Positions 37,311 to 51,529 of a stretch of 64,000 nucleotides of DNA are shown here, piece after piece. The translations under genes were made by a program, and so were the position numbers. The stretch spans positions 15,996,001 to 16,060,000 of the forward strand of contig OX597825.1 of the NCBI GenBank assembly GCA_951406725.2, read 5' to 3'. How positions within the stretch are numbered: position 1 is the first letter of the stretch; each line of letters begins with the position of its first letter. The notes under the pieces were generated by a model. That model saw nothing but the letters and a program-made list of their open reading frames with translations, had not been told where the DNA came from and searched no databases. This stretch comes from Octopus vulgaris. Taxonomy: Eukaryota.

Positions 37311-37790
37311 ATATATATATATATTAGGAAGGGCATCCAGCTGTAGAAACATTGCCAGATAAGACTGGAGCCTGGTGCAGCCTTCTGGCTTCCCAGATCC
37401 CCGGTCGAACCGTCCAACCCATGCTAGCATGGAGAACGGACGTTAAACGATGATGATGATGATGATGATATGTCTGTGTTTATTACCTCCCTCCTCCACA
37501 CCACTTGACAACTGGTGTCGGTTTGTTTACATCCCTGTAACTTAGCAGCTATACAAAAGATGCTGATAAAATAAGTATCTGATTTTAAAAATAAGACTAT
37601 AAATCCTGGGGTCGATTTGTTTGACTAAAAACCTTCGAGGTGGTGCTCCAGTGTGGCCGCAGCCCAATACTGAAATAAGTAAACGATAAAAAAAAAAATA
37701 ACCCCTTACTCAAAACAAACAAAAGAATATGATGGCTTCTTATCAACAAATATACTTTATGATGTACTTGTTTGTTCGTTTCTCTGCATG

Positions 37791-38263
<473 letters not shown>

Positions 38264-39189
38264 ATCATTTTCCATATTTAGTCTATATATTCTGCTACTG
38301 AATCTGTCCATCAGGTTGATATCTGTGGAGGCGTTAGTAATGTATTTGTGATACACCGAAGAAATAAAACGAAGGAGAAGAGGGAGAGATTGAGAGAGAG
38401 AGAGAGAGAGAGAAAGAAGAATGGTATAGTATTAGAGTGAGGGAAGAGAGAAACAAAGAGAGATAGGTAGAGAGAAGGAGAGAGAGAGAGAAAGTGTGGC
38501 AGAGATAAGAGTGTGGTGAAGAAGAGAGACGAGAAGAGTTGATGGAAAAGTTTTATTTTTTTTTGTCTCCATGCAGGCATGACTGTACAAGCGTAGGTGT
38601 GGATGTGTGGTACAAAGTTTGCTTCTGAACCGCATGGTCCTGGGTTCAGTCCCACTGCATGGCACCTTGGGCAAGTGTCTTCTACTATAGCTTTGAGCTA
38701 ACCAAAGCCTTGTGAATGGATTTGGTAGACGGAAACCAAAAGAAGCTTGTCATATATAAATATATATATAACCTCTGAACAACAGGGGTCGCCACCACCT
38801 CCTGCTGGAGCCCCATGGAGCTTTTAGGTGTTTTCGCTCAATAAACACACACAACGCCCGGTCTGGGAATCGAAACCGCAATCCTCTAACCACGAGACTG
38901 TGTGGCTTAGTGGTTAGGGCATTCGGCTCACAATTGTAAGGTCTTGAGTTCGATTCCTGGTGATGCATTGTGTCCTTGAGCAAGACACTTTATTTCATGT
39001 TGCTCCAGTCCACTCAGCTGGCAAAAAGTGAGTTGTACCTGTATTTCAAAGGGCCAGCCTTGTCACACTCTGTGTCACGTTGAATATCCCTGAGAGCTAT
39101 GTTAGGGGTACACGTGTCTGTGGATTGCTCAGTCACTTGCACGTTAATTTCATGAGGAGGCTGTTCCGTTGATCGTATCAGCCGGGACC

Positions 39190-39880
39190 CCAAAAGGATG
39201 AAATACCGCTAAGCATTTCACCTGGCATGTTAATGTTTCTTTTCTACTCTAAGCACAAGGCCTGGAATTTTAGGGGAGGGGGCCACTCGATTAGTTCGAC
39301 CCCAGTACGCAACTGGTACTTAATTTATCGAACCCCCAAAAGGATGAAAGGCAAAGTTGACCTTGGCGGAATTTGAACTCAGAACGTGGCGGCAGATGAA
39401 ATACTGCTAAGCATTTTGCTTGGCATGCTAACGTTTCTGCCAGCTTGCCGCCTTTAATCTTTTCTACTTTAGGCACAAGGCCAGAAATTTCTGGGGAGGG
39501 GGCCAGTCGATTAGATCAACCCCAGTACACAACTGGTACTTATTTAATCGACCCCAAAATGATGAAAGGCAAAGTCGACCTCGGCAAAATTTAAACTCAG
39601 AATGTTAAAACAGACGAAATACTGCTAAGCATTTTGCTTGGCATGCTAATGTTTCTGCCAGTGTGCTAACTTTTCCTTTTCTACTTTAGTCACAAGGCCA
39701 GAAATTTCTGGGAAGGGAGCCAGTCAATTAGATCAACCCCAGTACGCAACTGGAACTTAATTTATTGACCCCAAAATGAAGAAAGGCAAAGTCGACCTCG
39801 GCAGAATTTGAACTCACAATATAAAGACAGACGAAATACCACTAAGCATTTCATCCGGCATTCTAATGTTTCTGCCCTTG
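39190..39880 (-). mobile_element. head-to-tail array (3 plus a partial) of family B SINE with the alternative tail
   Basis: ~215-bp units starting tttctact(c/t)ta.gcacaaggcc at ~39241, 39461 and 39678. Confidence 0.85.
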
Positions 39881-40188
39881 CAACCCTTATTTATTGTTCT
39901 GCACTTCCTCTTTTCCTTCTCCCTTCTCTCTTTTTTTATTATGAACCAACTCCTTTTTTTTTTTATGTAAAACAAAAACAAACGAAGCACAACACAGCTA
40001 AACAAAAAAATAACAAACACCAAACAAACAAACAAACTCTGGTTTCTATTTCAAATAATAACTTGAATGGAAATTGTTTTGGCCTGAATCAATAGCTTCA
40101 AATGTGGAACTCTCAAAATATGGACGACTTTGATATATTTATCTTTAAGTCCAAATCTTCATTTCTCGAATAATTGGCTTTGTTTTAG

Positions 40189-40287
40189 TTCTGAAGATTT
40201 CTATGCAACACTCTTGGGTTTCTATCAAGATTTGAAAATTGTGCCAATGGTCGGAAATTTGCCATCTACTTTGGTTTGGTCTGGTTG
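40189..40287 (+). other. candidate 99-bp internal exon
   Basis: Acceptor ctttgttttag| and consensus donor TG|gtaagt. Length is a multiple of 3 with one open frame (phase 2-2): SEDFYATLLGFYQDLKIVPMVGNLPSTLVWSG. No homology recognised. Confidence 0.4.
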
Positions 40288-40324
40288 GTAAGTTTTTCTG
40301 TGGGTGGGGCAGTTTGCCAGATTT

Positions 40325-41880
40325 TCCATCATCATCATCATCATCGTTGTCATTATCATCATTGTATCCTCTTCCTTCTCTTCTTCCTCATTATTATCAT
40401 CATTTTCCTCCTCCTCATCCTCTTCGTCGTCATCATCATCATCACCACCATCATCTTCCTTCTCATGAGCACACCATCACCATCATATCCTCTTTCTCTC
40501 CTTCCTCCTCCTCTTCCTCTCCTTCATCATCATCATCATTTTGCTGATCATCATCATCACCTTCATCTTCATTCTCCTTCTCCTCTGCTTCACCATATCA
40601 TCATCATCATCGTCATTGTCATCATCATTGTCATCATCTTCATCATCATCATCTTCATTCTTCTCCTCTGCCTCACCATCATCGTCAACCTCCACATCAT
40701 CCTCATCCTCATCATTATCATTGTCAGCGTATCCTCTTCTTCGTTATCATCACCATCATTTTTATCCTCTTCATCCTCTTTTCTCCTCTGTCATTATCAC
40801 AATCATCCTCATCTTCATCCCCGACCTCATCTTGCTCCTCCTCCTCATCATTTCCTCCATGCTTGTGTGGGTTGGACTGGTTTTCTGCACCACAGCATCT
40901 TGTCACTTAATTTATTACCCCATTTTGTCATCTTCATTGGGAAATTCATCCTTTTTTTCTTTTTCTTTAGCTCAGCATCCACCACTTCTCACAAATGCCT
41001 TGCTCTTCTTCTTCTTATTCTTTTTCTTCTTCTTCTTCTTCTTCTTCTTCTTCTTCTTCTTCTTCTTCTTTTTCTTCTTCTTCTTTTTCTTCTTCGTTTT
41101 CTTCTTTTTCTTCTTCTTTTTCTTCTTTTTCTTCTTATTCCTCTTTTTCTTCTTCTTCTTCTTCTTCTTCTTCTTCTTCTTCTCCTTCTTCTTCTTCTTC
41201 CACTTCTTTTTCTTCATCTTCTTCGTCTTCTTCTTTTTCTTCTTCTTCTTTTTCTTCTTCTTCTTTTTCTTCTTCTTTTTCTTCTTCTTCTTTTTCTTCT
41301 TCTTCTTCTTCTTCTTCTTTTTCTTCTTCTTCTTCTTCTTCTTCTTCTTCTTCTTCTTCTTCTTCTTCTTCTTCTTCTCCATTTTCCCTATTATTTAGAA
41401 TCTTGGCAATTCTTTTCCCAACTGTCATCCTTCAAACAGATCAAATGTCTGAATATTTATTTTTTTTTTGCATCTCATTCTTATCTCTGTGAATATAACT
41501 TTTGGGGCATCCACCCCCACTGTTTGTTAGGTCGTTGTCACCTTCTTCTCCTTCTTCGTTGTCTCCTCCTCTTCCTTCTTCTTCTTTTTCTTCTTCTTCT
41601 CCTCCTTCTCCGCTTCTTCTTTTTCTTCTTCTCCTCCTTCTCCCCTTCTTCTTCGTCGTGTTCTCCTTCTTCATCTTCTTCCTATCCCTTCTTCTTCGTC
41701 GTCTTCTTGTTCTTGTTCTTGTCCTTCTTCTTCTTCTTCTTCTTCTTCTTCTTCTTCTTCTTCTTCTGTTTCTTCTTCTTTTTCTTCTTCTTTTTCTTCT
41801 TCATCTTCTTCTCTTCCTTCTTCCTTCTTCTTCTCTTCTCCTACTTCTCCTCCTCCTACTCCTCCTCTTTCTTCTTTGTC
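40325..41880. repeat. (CAT)n/(CTT)n low-complexity field
   Basis: Directly visible; explains the 541-aa and 285-aa pseudo-ORFs. Confidence 0.95.
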
Positions 41881-42006
41881 ATTGCTACCACCACCCTTTA
41901 AAATCTGTTTTGCATGTCAGCATTGGTTAGATGTTTTGACAGGATCAGAAGACATGCTACTCAGCATTTTTCCTGGCACAGCAATGATTTTCCCAGCCTA
42001 CCTCCT

Positions 42007-42071
<65 letters not shown>

Positions 42072-42073
<2 letters not shown>

Positions 42074-42943
42074 GACTAATACTGGCAAATAATACTGGCA
42101 AATACTGAACTAAACTAAACGCAAAAGAAATAGACAAAGAAAAATCCCAACAATGGTTGAGAAGCTGAGGACCCAAAGCAGAGACAGAAGGATTTTTAAT
42201 TGCAGCACAAGACCAAAGCCTCCCCACCAGAAATTACCAAAAACATGTAATGAAAAGAAATATTACAAGTAACTGCAGAATATGTGGAGATGGACAAGAA
42301 ACAATAAATCATATTATCTCTGGCTGCCCAGTCCTGGCTAAGAAGGAATATATTCACAAACACGACAGAGTTGGGACCTACATACACTGGAAGCTATGCC
42401 AACATTATGGAATAACAACAGAAAAAAGATGGTATAGGCACACACCAGAAAAGGTCACAGAAAATGAGAAAGCAACCATACTCTGGGATATGCCACCAAT
42501 ACACACAGATAGAGAAATTAAGGTCAACAGACCAGATATAGTTGTCAGAGATCATGAAGAAAAAAAATATTTTCTAATTGATGTATCAATACCAGCGGAT
42601 GACAACGTGTCTCTAAAAGAAATGGAGAAACTTTCAAAATACAAAGACCTGGAAATAGAGGTAACCAGAATGTGGAATCTAAAAACAGAAACAATTCCTA
42701 TCATAGTAGGTGCATTAGGCATGATAAAAAAATATTCAGACAAATACATAACAAAAACACCAGGACTTACAAACACATATATCATACAGAAAATTGCACT
42801 ACTAGGCACTGCACACATCCTACGCAGAACACTTTCCATACAATAACCATCAGAGCATCACAACAAATCACAGCACATACCCAAGGCACACGGAGCTGCA
42901 CTCGGTAGTGAAGTGAAAGCATGCTATAAAAAATATACTACTG
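42072..42943 (+). mobile_element. 5'-truncated R4/Dong-clade non-LTR retrotransposon inserted in (AAT)n
   Basis: AETEGFLIAAQDQ motif, CCHC knuckle CRIC...HIISGC, RHD-like HKHD, and PD..D..K restriction-like endonuclease (RPDIVV...LIDVSIP...KLSKY). (AAT)n at 42007-42071 and from 42944 on. Confidence 0.92.
42250..42846 (+). pseudogene. remnant ORF: zinc knuckle plus restriction-like endonuclease of the R4/Dong element
   Basis: 198-aa open frame; the upstream continuation has in-frame stops and the RT domain is absent. Confidence 0.88.
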
Positions 42944-43065
42944 AATAATAATAATAATAATGATAATAATAATAATAATAGCAAGAATAACAATAACAAC
43001 AATAGTAATAGCAATAATAATAATAATAGTAGTAATAATGCTGATGATGATGATGATGATGAATT

Positions 43066-43420
43066 CATTTATTTGCCACGAGGGTGAAGGATGAGGGGTA
43101 CAATACAAAGACAGATATAAAATGTAGGGGTTTACATATAAGGGAATGATAAAATAAAGAAAGAAAGTATGTATGGTTTACACTGAAAGAAAAAGGGACA
43201 TATGTACAGTATACAAAAGTTAAAAAAAACAAAGAAGTGGTGGGCAGGATGATAGAGATGTGGCCCTACTGATACAGGATGACCTCTTGGGGTAATCGAG
43301 GAACCCCATTGTCCAAAATTTCCCTGAAACCCTATGAGCAAGTGCTCCCTCCAATTCCTTCTCTCCAACTCACAGGCCTACACTGAGAGGAGGTACCATC
43401 CACTCTTGCCATTTTCGCAA
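43066..43420 (-). mobile_element. probable LINE (L1/Tx1-like) 3' end
   Basis: Minus strand VAKMARVDGTS C-terminal remnant, pyrimidine-rich UTR and a terminal AATAAA. Confidence 0.35.
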
Positions 43421-43799
43421 CTAATGATTTCTAACAACAACAACAACACCAACAAAACAGGAATCAATATCGTATTGTGTACTCTCTCAAATAGAACAAT
43501 GATCACAGTCAGGAGTATTCTATACTCTGATTAACAAACCATTGACCCGACTAATTTCATTAGGATATCAATGGAAATTACCCCACTTTACACCAAAAAG
43601 CCCCCAGGAGGGAGGTAAACGAATGTTTAAAAACAAACAATAAATAAGAACAGGAGAACTATGAAACGTTCTGACCTCTCCCCCCACGCCCACCACCACT
43701 GCCACTGCTGCCATTCTTTGAGAAATCAGTGGAGAATGAATTAATATCATTTAAATCCTGATTTGTTTTGCTTCTCTAAACATTGTTGGATCGAGAACT

Positions 43800-44720
43800 A
43801 GGGAGGAGGGCATAGGAGGAGGAGGGGGGAGGATGGGAGAGCATGAGAGAGGAGAAAGAGTCGCAGAGGGAGCGAGAGGGGGAAGGGAGAGAACATGAGA
43901 CAGAGGGACAGGGAGAGAAAGAGAGAGCATGAGAGAGAGGGGTAAGGGAGCAAGAGACAGAAGAAGAGGAGGAGGGAGAAAGGGAGAGCATGAGAGAGAA
44001 GAAAGAGAGAGAGGGAAGGGAGAAAACATGAGACAGAGGGAGAGGGAGAAAAAGAGAGAGCATGAGAGAGAAATTGAGAGAGAGGGGTAAGGGAGCAAGA
44101 GACAGAAGAAGAGGAGGAGGGAGAAAGGGAGAGCATGAGAGAGAAGAAAGAGTCAGGGAGGGAGAGAGAGAGGGAAGGGAGAGAACATAGACAGAGGGAG
44201 AGGGAGAGAAAGAGAGAGCATGAGAGAAAAATTGAGTGAGAGGGGGTAAGGGAGCAAGAGACAGAAGAAGAGGAGGAGGGAGAAAGGGAGAGCATGAGAG
44301 GGAAGAAAGAGTCGGGGAGGGAAAGAGAGAATGAGAGAGAGGGGGAAGGGAGAAAGGGAGAGCAAGAGAGAGGGAGAGAAAGAGAGTATGAGAGGAAGCG
44401 AGAGAGAGAGAGGGGTTAGAAGGGAAAGAGACAGATGTAGAGGGGGCGGAAGAAAGGGAGAGCATGAGACAGAAGAAAGAGTGGGGGAGGGAGGGAGGGA
44501 GAAGGAATGGAGAGAACCTGAGACAGAGAGCAAGTGAGAAGAAAGAGTGGGGGAAGGGAGAGAACATGGAAGAGAGAGAGGGAAGGAAGGGAGTTGGAGA
44601 ATATGAGACAGAGAGACCAAGAGAGGCAGAGAGAAAGAAAGTACATGGGAGAGAAGGCAAGAGAAAGAAGAAAGAGTAGAGCAGAGAGGGAGAGATAGAG
44701 CGAGAGAGAATGAGAAATAG
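43800..44720. repeat. ~900-bp polypurine tract with degenerate 145-160-bp internal repeats
   Basis: ggggtaagggagcaagagacagaagaagaggaggagggagaaagggagagcatgagag occurs at ~43939, 44084 and 44243. Confidence 0.9.
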
Positions 44721-44870
44721 ATAGATACATGATTGAAAAACTTGTACCTGTCTCTCTCTCTCTCTCTCTCTTCATGTTTCCTCTTTCTCTCTCAGTCTTC
44801 CATGCTTCAGTTCATTCCCCATCCTTTTCATTCCTCCCTCCCCCTCCCTCTCTCTCTTTCTCTCTCTTCC

Positions 44871-45152
44871 TGCTCCAGAGCGTCGGCTGCGGGGTCACTC
44901 CGAAAAGCTCTATCTGCGATGATTTCATCTCAATCGAAGGGGAGGGGCTTTCTCTGTCCGGGTTGCGGTTCCGTGGAATAAGCTGCCGGACGAGATAGTG
45001 AAGATGCTGACGACCGCTCGGTTCAAAGTCTCTCTTGACCAGAAATGGCCTGAACTCTTTGTATGAACACCCTCCCTGTACATAACACCATGTCCCCCTA
45101 CATGGCCTTGCTTTTTGCTTTTTGAGCCAAAAAATTAACTTAACTTAACTTA
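44871..45152 (+). mobile_element. CR1-clade LINE 3' end
   Basis: RLRGHSEKLYLR*FHLNRRGGAFSVRVAVPWNKLPDEIV...FKVSLD (RGH..KL / FS.RV..WN.LP motifs), then a (TAACT)n tail. Confidence 0.88.
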
Positions 45153-45354
45153 TATATATATATATATATATATTCTATATCTCTATACACGGTGGTGGTT
45201 GTCTACTCCTTATGCAGAGTTTGACCCCCTCCTGTACCTACACCTCAGAACCATCATGGCATCTGATGTGGCTTTTTAAACCAGACTCATGTTTTGAACT
45301 AATCAACTGGCTCCCTCCCCCAAAATTTCAGGCCTTGTACCTATAATAGAAAGG

Positions 45355-45384
<30 letters not shown>

Positions 45385-45385
<1 letters not shown>

Positions 45386-45785
45386 GGCGTGGGATTGGCT
45401 GTGTGGTAAGTAGCTTGTTTACCAACCACGTGGTTCCGGGTTCAGTTCCACTGCGTGGCACCTTGGGCAAGTGTCTTCTACTATAGCCTCGGGCCGACCA
45501 AAGCCTTGTGAGTGGATTTGGTAGACGGAAACTGAAAGAAGCCTGTCGTATATATGTATATATATATATGCGTGTGTGTGTTTGTCCCCCTAGCATTGCT
45601 TGACAACTGATGCTGGTGTGTTTATGTCCCCGTTACTTAGCGGTTCGGCAAAAGAGACAGATAGAATAAGTACCAGGCTTACAAAAGAATAAGTCCTGGG
45701 GTCGAGTTGCTCGATTAAAGGCGGGGCTCCAGCATGGCCGCAGTCAAATTACTGAAACAAGTAAAAGAGTAAAAGAGTAAAGAGT
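45385..45785 (+). mobile_element. SINE family A
   Basis: Full-length copy with a (gtaaaaga)n tail. Confidence 0.9.
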
Positions 45786-46130
45786 ATGGTGAGCTGGCAG
45801 AAACGTTAGCACACTGGGTGAAATGCTTAACAGTATTTCGTCTGTTTTTACATTCTGAGTTCAAATTCGGCCGAGGTCAACTTTTCCTTTTCCAATTAAG
45901 TAGCAGGTCAATCTAATTGACTGGCACCCTCCCCAAAAATTTTGGGCCTTGTGCCTAGAGTAGAAAAAAAAAGAATATTGATATTTCTTCATTCAACAGT
46001 CAAGTGTGAAATCTCCAAAGCAATGGACACGTCTGAGGCTCTCTCTTTCTCTCACTCTTTCTCTCTCTCTCTCTCTCATTAACCTTCTTTCTCTCTAACA
46101 CTCTCCACTTCATTCCCCCTCTCTCTCTCT

Positions 46131-46239
46131 CCATGACTCCAACTCTCCGGCTCCACGACTCTGACTCCACGACTCCGACTCCATGACTCTGACTCCGACT
46201 CCACGTTTCAGACTCCACGACTCAGACTCCACAGCCCTG
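46131..46239. mobile_element. single hAT-like terminus with (GACTCC)n subterminal repeats
   Basis: Ends gactccacagccctg (reverse complement cagggctgtggagtc). Partner end not found. Confidence 0.5.
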
Positions 46240-46729
46240 GTTAGCCTTATGCAAACCCAGTTTTATCTCTGGGAAGAGGTGATCTGTATTAGTCTGATCT
46301 CTTATCCTTTGACCTGTTCAGCGTTGGAGGTCCTGCCAAGGGCTTGTGCTCTGCTAGCATTGCTCTGAAGGTCTTTGTAATACACAATCTACCATACTGC
46401 AACAAAGGACCCTGTGGCAGTATGAAAAAAAAGAGAGTGTTTTGTGTATTTTCAAAGTTACAGTAGCATTTCTTGTGCCCTAAGGAGTTTGGTAATGTTC
46501 AGAAAGGTCACTCATTTCTCTTTCTCTGTTGATGGCAGTGTGTTGTGATAAATATGCTACATAGTCCACAATCCACACGTGGCCCTCAATACTATGCATA
46601 ATCACATGGGAAGGTGAAAGAGCTCAAAGAATTTAAGAGAGCTAGGAACTGAATGAAACAGCGCAGTTGTAGGCTTTCAGTGGAGATTGAAACCAGAACC
46701 ACAGGCTCAGCTCATTAGGAGCTTGCAAG

Positions 46730-46858
46730 TCATCATCATCACCATCATCAACATCATCATCATCATCGTCATCATCATCATCATCATCATCATCGTAGTT
46801 GTCATCATCATCATCACTATCTTTGTCATTGTCATCACCATCTTCATCACCATCGTCG

Positions 46859-46889
<31 letters not shown>

Positions 46890-46970
46890 TGTCATCATCA
46901 TCATCATCATCACCATCATCATCACCATCATCATCGTCATCATCACCATCATCATCTTCAACATCATCAT
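46730..46970. repeat. (CAT)n degenerate microsatellite
   Basis: Directly visible. Confidence 0.95.
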
Positions 46971-48069
46971 CTCCTCTTTCTCCTCCTTGTTATTGATACT
47001 GTTCTTCTGCATCTATTTATAGTAAAAAAAAAAAGAATCGATGTTGATTACAGACTGATGCTTACTTGCATCTGGATCCGATTCTCATTCAAATGTCATC
47101 TGGGGTCCTCACCAATAGATATATGATAGCAGAATTGCATTGGTGCGTCAAACAAAATGTCTTGTAGTATTTAGTTACATCCTCATATGTTCAGCATTCA
47201 AATCCTGTCTGGATGAAAGCAATTCTGATTCTCAGCCTTTCGTGGGATGAGTTGTGGGGTGGGTTGCAAAATACTAGTCATGTGACGAGGGGGTAGTTAT
47301 GAGCGACAGTAATTTCCCCACTGCCTTTTCCCACCAAATATTTTGTCTTGTGGGTTTTTGCTTTTTTTGTTTTTGTTTGGCTTTTAACGCCCACATGTAG
47401 ATGCAAACACATGTGCAAACACTTGTACACGTGCAGTAAACATGCAGACATGCATGCAAGCACTCACACATATCCAAACACACACATACACAAACACTCA
47501 CACATACACACACAAACACTTGCTCATATACAAACACACTCGCAAACACATACACACATTCACATGCACACACAAGCACTTGCATAAATGCAAACACACA
47601 CAAAGACAAACTCACACATACACAAACACTCACACACACACACATACACAAACACACAAACACTCATACACAGACACAAACACTCACACACACATGTAAA
47701 AACATACATGCACAAACACTCATACACAAACACTTCTTGCACACATGCAGACACACACACATACACACGCACATGCAAATTCACATGCATTTACTCAATG
47801 CAAACACATGTGCACACACACACACACACACACACACACTAACATACATATACATGCAAACGCATACATAAACGTGCAAACGCATACATGTGCAAACATA
47901 CACACATGCATGCAAACACACACACACATGCAAAGCATTCATTCATGCCAACACACACACACACTCACACGTTCACTCTGACAAACACACAAATATATAT
48001 ATATATATATATATATACGTAAGCATAAATACATACGCAAAGCAGTGAATTGGCAGAATGATTAGAGCC

Positions 48070-49710
48070 TAAGGTGGCGAGCTGGCAGAAACATTAGTAT
48101 GCGAAAGGGAAGAACGTTATGGCAGAAACATTAGCATGCTGGGCGAAATGTTTAGCGGTATTTCGTCTGCCGCTACATTCTGAGTTCAAATTCCGCCGCG
48201 GTCAACTTTGCCTTTCATCCTTTCAGGGTCGATTAAATAAGTACCAGTTACTCAATGGGGTCAATATAATCGACTTAATCCCTTTGTTTGTCCCCTCTGT
48301 GTAGCCCCTTGTGGTCAATAAAGAAATAAGAAACGTTAGCACGCGGGGCGAAATGCTTAGCAGTATTTCATCTGCCGCTACATTCTGAGTTCAAATTCTG
48401 CCGAGGTCAACTTTGCCTTTCATCTTTTCGGGGTCGATTAAATAAGTACCAGTTACGCAATGGGGTCGATGTAATCGACTGAATCCCTTTGTCTGTCCTT
48501 GTTTGTCCCCTCTGTGTTTAGCCCCTTGTGGGTAGTAAAGAAATAGGTATTTCGTCTGCTGTTACATTCTGAGTTCAAATTCTGCCAAGGTCGACTTTGC
48601 CTTTCATCCTTTCGGGGTCGATAAATTAAGTACCAGTTACGCAATGGGGTCGATGTAATCGACTGAATCCCTTTGTCTGTCCTTGTTTGTCCCCTCTGTG
48701 TTTAGCCCCTTGTGGGTAGTAAAGAAATAGGTATTTCGTCTGCCGTTACATTCTGAGTTCAAATTCTGCCAAGGTCGCATTTGCCTTTCATCCTTTCGGG
48801 GTCGATAAATTAAGTACCAGTTACGCAATGGGGTCGATGTAATCGACTGAATCCCTTTGTCTGTCCTTGTTTGTCCCCTCTGTGTTTAGCCCCTTGTGGG
48901 TAGTAAAGAAATAGGTATTTCGTCTGCCGTTACATTCTGAGTTCAAATTCTGCCGAGGTCGACTTTGCCTTTCATCCTTTCGGGGTCGATAAATTAAGTA
49001 CCAGATACGCAATGGGGTCGATGTAATCGACTTAATCCGTTTGTCTGTCCTTGTTTGTCCTCTCTGTGTTTAACCCCTTGTGGGTAGTAAAGAAATAGGT
49101 ATTTCATCTGCCGTTATGTTCTGAGTTCAGATTCCGCCAAGGTCGCATTTGCCTTTCATCCTTTCGGGGTTGATAAATAAAGTACCAGTTACGCACTGGG
49201 GTTGATATAATCGACTTAATCCCTTTGTCTGTCCATGTTTGTCCCCTCTGTGTTTAGCCCCTTGTGGGTAGTAAAGAAATAGGTATTTCATCTGCCGTTA
49301 TGTTCTGAGTTCAAATTCCGCCAAGGTCGCATTTGCCTTTCATCCTTTCGGGGTTGATAAATAAAGTACCAGTTACGCACTGGGGTCGATGTAATCGACT
49401 TAATCCCTTTGTCTGTCCTTGTTTGTCCCCTCTGTGTAGCCCCTTGTGGGCAGTAAAGAAATAAGAAACGTTAGCACACCGGGCGAAATGCTTAGCAGTA
49501 TTTTGTCTCTCTTTTCATTCTGAGTTCAAATTCCGCTGAGGTTGACTGTACCTTTCATCCTTTCGGGGTCGATTAAATAAGTACCAGTTATGCATTGGGA
49601 TCGATATAATCGACTTAATCCCTTTGTCTGTCTTTGTTTGTCCCCTCTGCATGGCTCCTTGTGGGCAGTAAATAAATAAGAAACATTAGCATGCCGGGTG
49701 AGATGCTTTA
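48070..49710 (+). repeat. head-to-tail array of ~8 family B SINE units (mostly 184-bp period)
   Basis: Junction aaagaaata|ggtatttc recurs every 184 bp (ORF track hits at 48453, 48637, 48821). Alternative junction aaata|agaaac(g/a)ttagca at ~48329, 49464 and 49678. Confidence 0.95.
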
Positions 49711-51047
49711 CCAAATCCATTCACAAATCTTTGGTTGGCCCAAGGTTATATAGTAGAAGACACTTTCCCAAATTGGGACTGAACCTGGAACCATGCAGTT
49801 GGGATGCAAGCATCTTACCACACAACCAAGCTGACATATACAAGCATGCACGTGTGCTCTGAGTTCAGTCTTAGATTAGCCCTGGAAAATAAAATGCACA
49901 AAAATGAGAAGAAAAAATAAACAAACAAATGAATAAATGAATTTAATTTAATTTAATTGTTGTTATTTTCCATGTTGATTAAAATAAAAAAAAAAGCAAT
50001 CAATAAGAAAAATTTAATTGCTGCTCATATAATGAGAGATAACCAACTGTTATGTTTTCAATAACAACAACAACAACAACAATACAACACAAAATACCAG
50101 TGACTGTTGACACTATCATTACAAATTCTTTTCCACTCAAATATTGTGGGGTTTTTAAAATTTTTTTCGAAAGTGAAATTAAATTTTAAAAAATAATTAG
50201 ATATAAAAAATAGCGAGAGAAAAGATAAAATTATCAGAAAAAATTATTTTTTAAAGTTCTAATTTCATTTCCTATTAATTTCCTTCTCTTTTTTTTCTTC
50301 CTCCTCCCCCTCCGCCTCCTACCCTTTCTCTTTTCTCAATCTTTCTCCTCTCTTCCTATTTCCCTCTTACCCTTCCACACCCTCCTTCTACCCTGCCACC
50401 CTCTCACCTCCTCATTCTTTCTGTCATTCAGTCATTCTCTTCACTTTTTCTCTTACCTCTCCTTATGCTTTTCATTCTCTTCATTCTACTTCCCCCTTAC
50501 TCGTATCACCTTTCTTCCTCCTCCTTGTATCTCTCCTCTTGGTTTCTCTCTCTCCTCTCTCTCTCTCCCTCTCTCTTTCCCTTTCCCTCTCTCTGGCATT
50601 ATCATCGTCACGTTCACTATTCTCATCATTGAAATCCTTGTCATTGTCAACATGAACATTGTTATCATCATGATGCAGGCATAGTTATGTGGTGAGAAGT
50701 TCGTTTCCCAACCACATGGTTCCAGGTTCAGTCCCATTGCATGGCATCCAGGACAAGTATCTTTTACTATAATCTCAAGCGACCAAAGCTTTGTGAGTGG
50801 ATTTGGTAGACAGAAACTGAAAGAAGCCCATCGTGTATATCATCATCATCATCATCGTTTAACGTCCATTTTCCATGCTAGAATAAGTTGGACAGTTTGA
50901 CCAGGGTCTGGGAAGCCAGGTGGCTGCACCAGGCTCCTGTCTGATCTGGCAATGTTTCTACAGCTGGATGCCCTTCCTGACACCAACCACTCCGTGAGAG
51001 TAGTGGGTGCTTTTTACGTGCCACTGGCACAGGTGCCTGGGGAGGCA

Positions 51048-51110
<63 letters not shown>

Positions 51111-51298
51111 TGTGTGTATATATATAAATCCCCAAAGCAGAACAAGAATGTAACAGATGACAATGAGAACATACGGACAGAAGGACGATACAAAGACTCT
51201 TTATTCTTCAGTCAAGCTTCCAATCATCATTACAGTTTTGGCCTGTTACACTTGAGACTGTTCAAAATTGGTAGGCCAAATATATATATATATATATG

Positions 51299-51529
51299 TT
51301 GACTGCACATGCTCAATGTATGTGTTTTGTTTGTTTGGTGGTTTGCTGTGGTATAGTGCCTGGGGTACGACTTCCTCAATATGCTGGGTTGTAAAACATC
51401 TGAAAGTCGTAGACAGGTGAGACAGCTTGCCCATAACACCCTGCATTATGAGGGAGTCAACCCCCAGTGCCCTACCCCTCAGTGAACTAGCGAACAAACA
51501 AAACATATACATTGAGCATGTGCAGTTGA
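51299..51529. mobile_element. short element with ~38-bp inverted ends
   Basis: gactgcacatgctcaatgtatgtgttttgtttgtt / aacaaacaaaacatatacattgagcatgtgcagtt, next to (TA)n. Confidence 0.55.

Noticed and set aside
40189-40287. selenocysteine read-through (TTC TGA AGA frame) or GPCR TM3-TM4 exon
   Set aside because: No SECIS or selenoprotein context. The GPCR resemblance rests only on R...VWL spacing and needs a weaker acceptor.
40276-41930. 541-aa and 285-aa ORFs
   Set aside because: Translations of (CAT)n/(CTT)n microsatellite.
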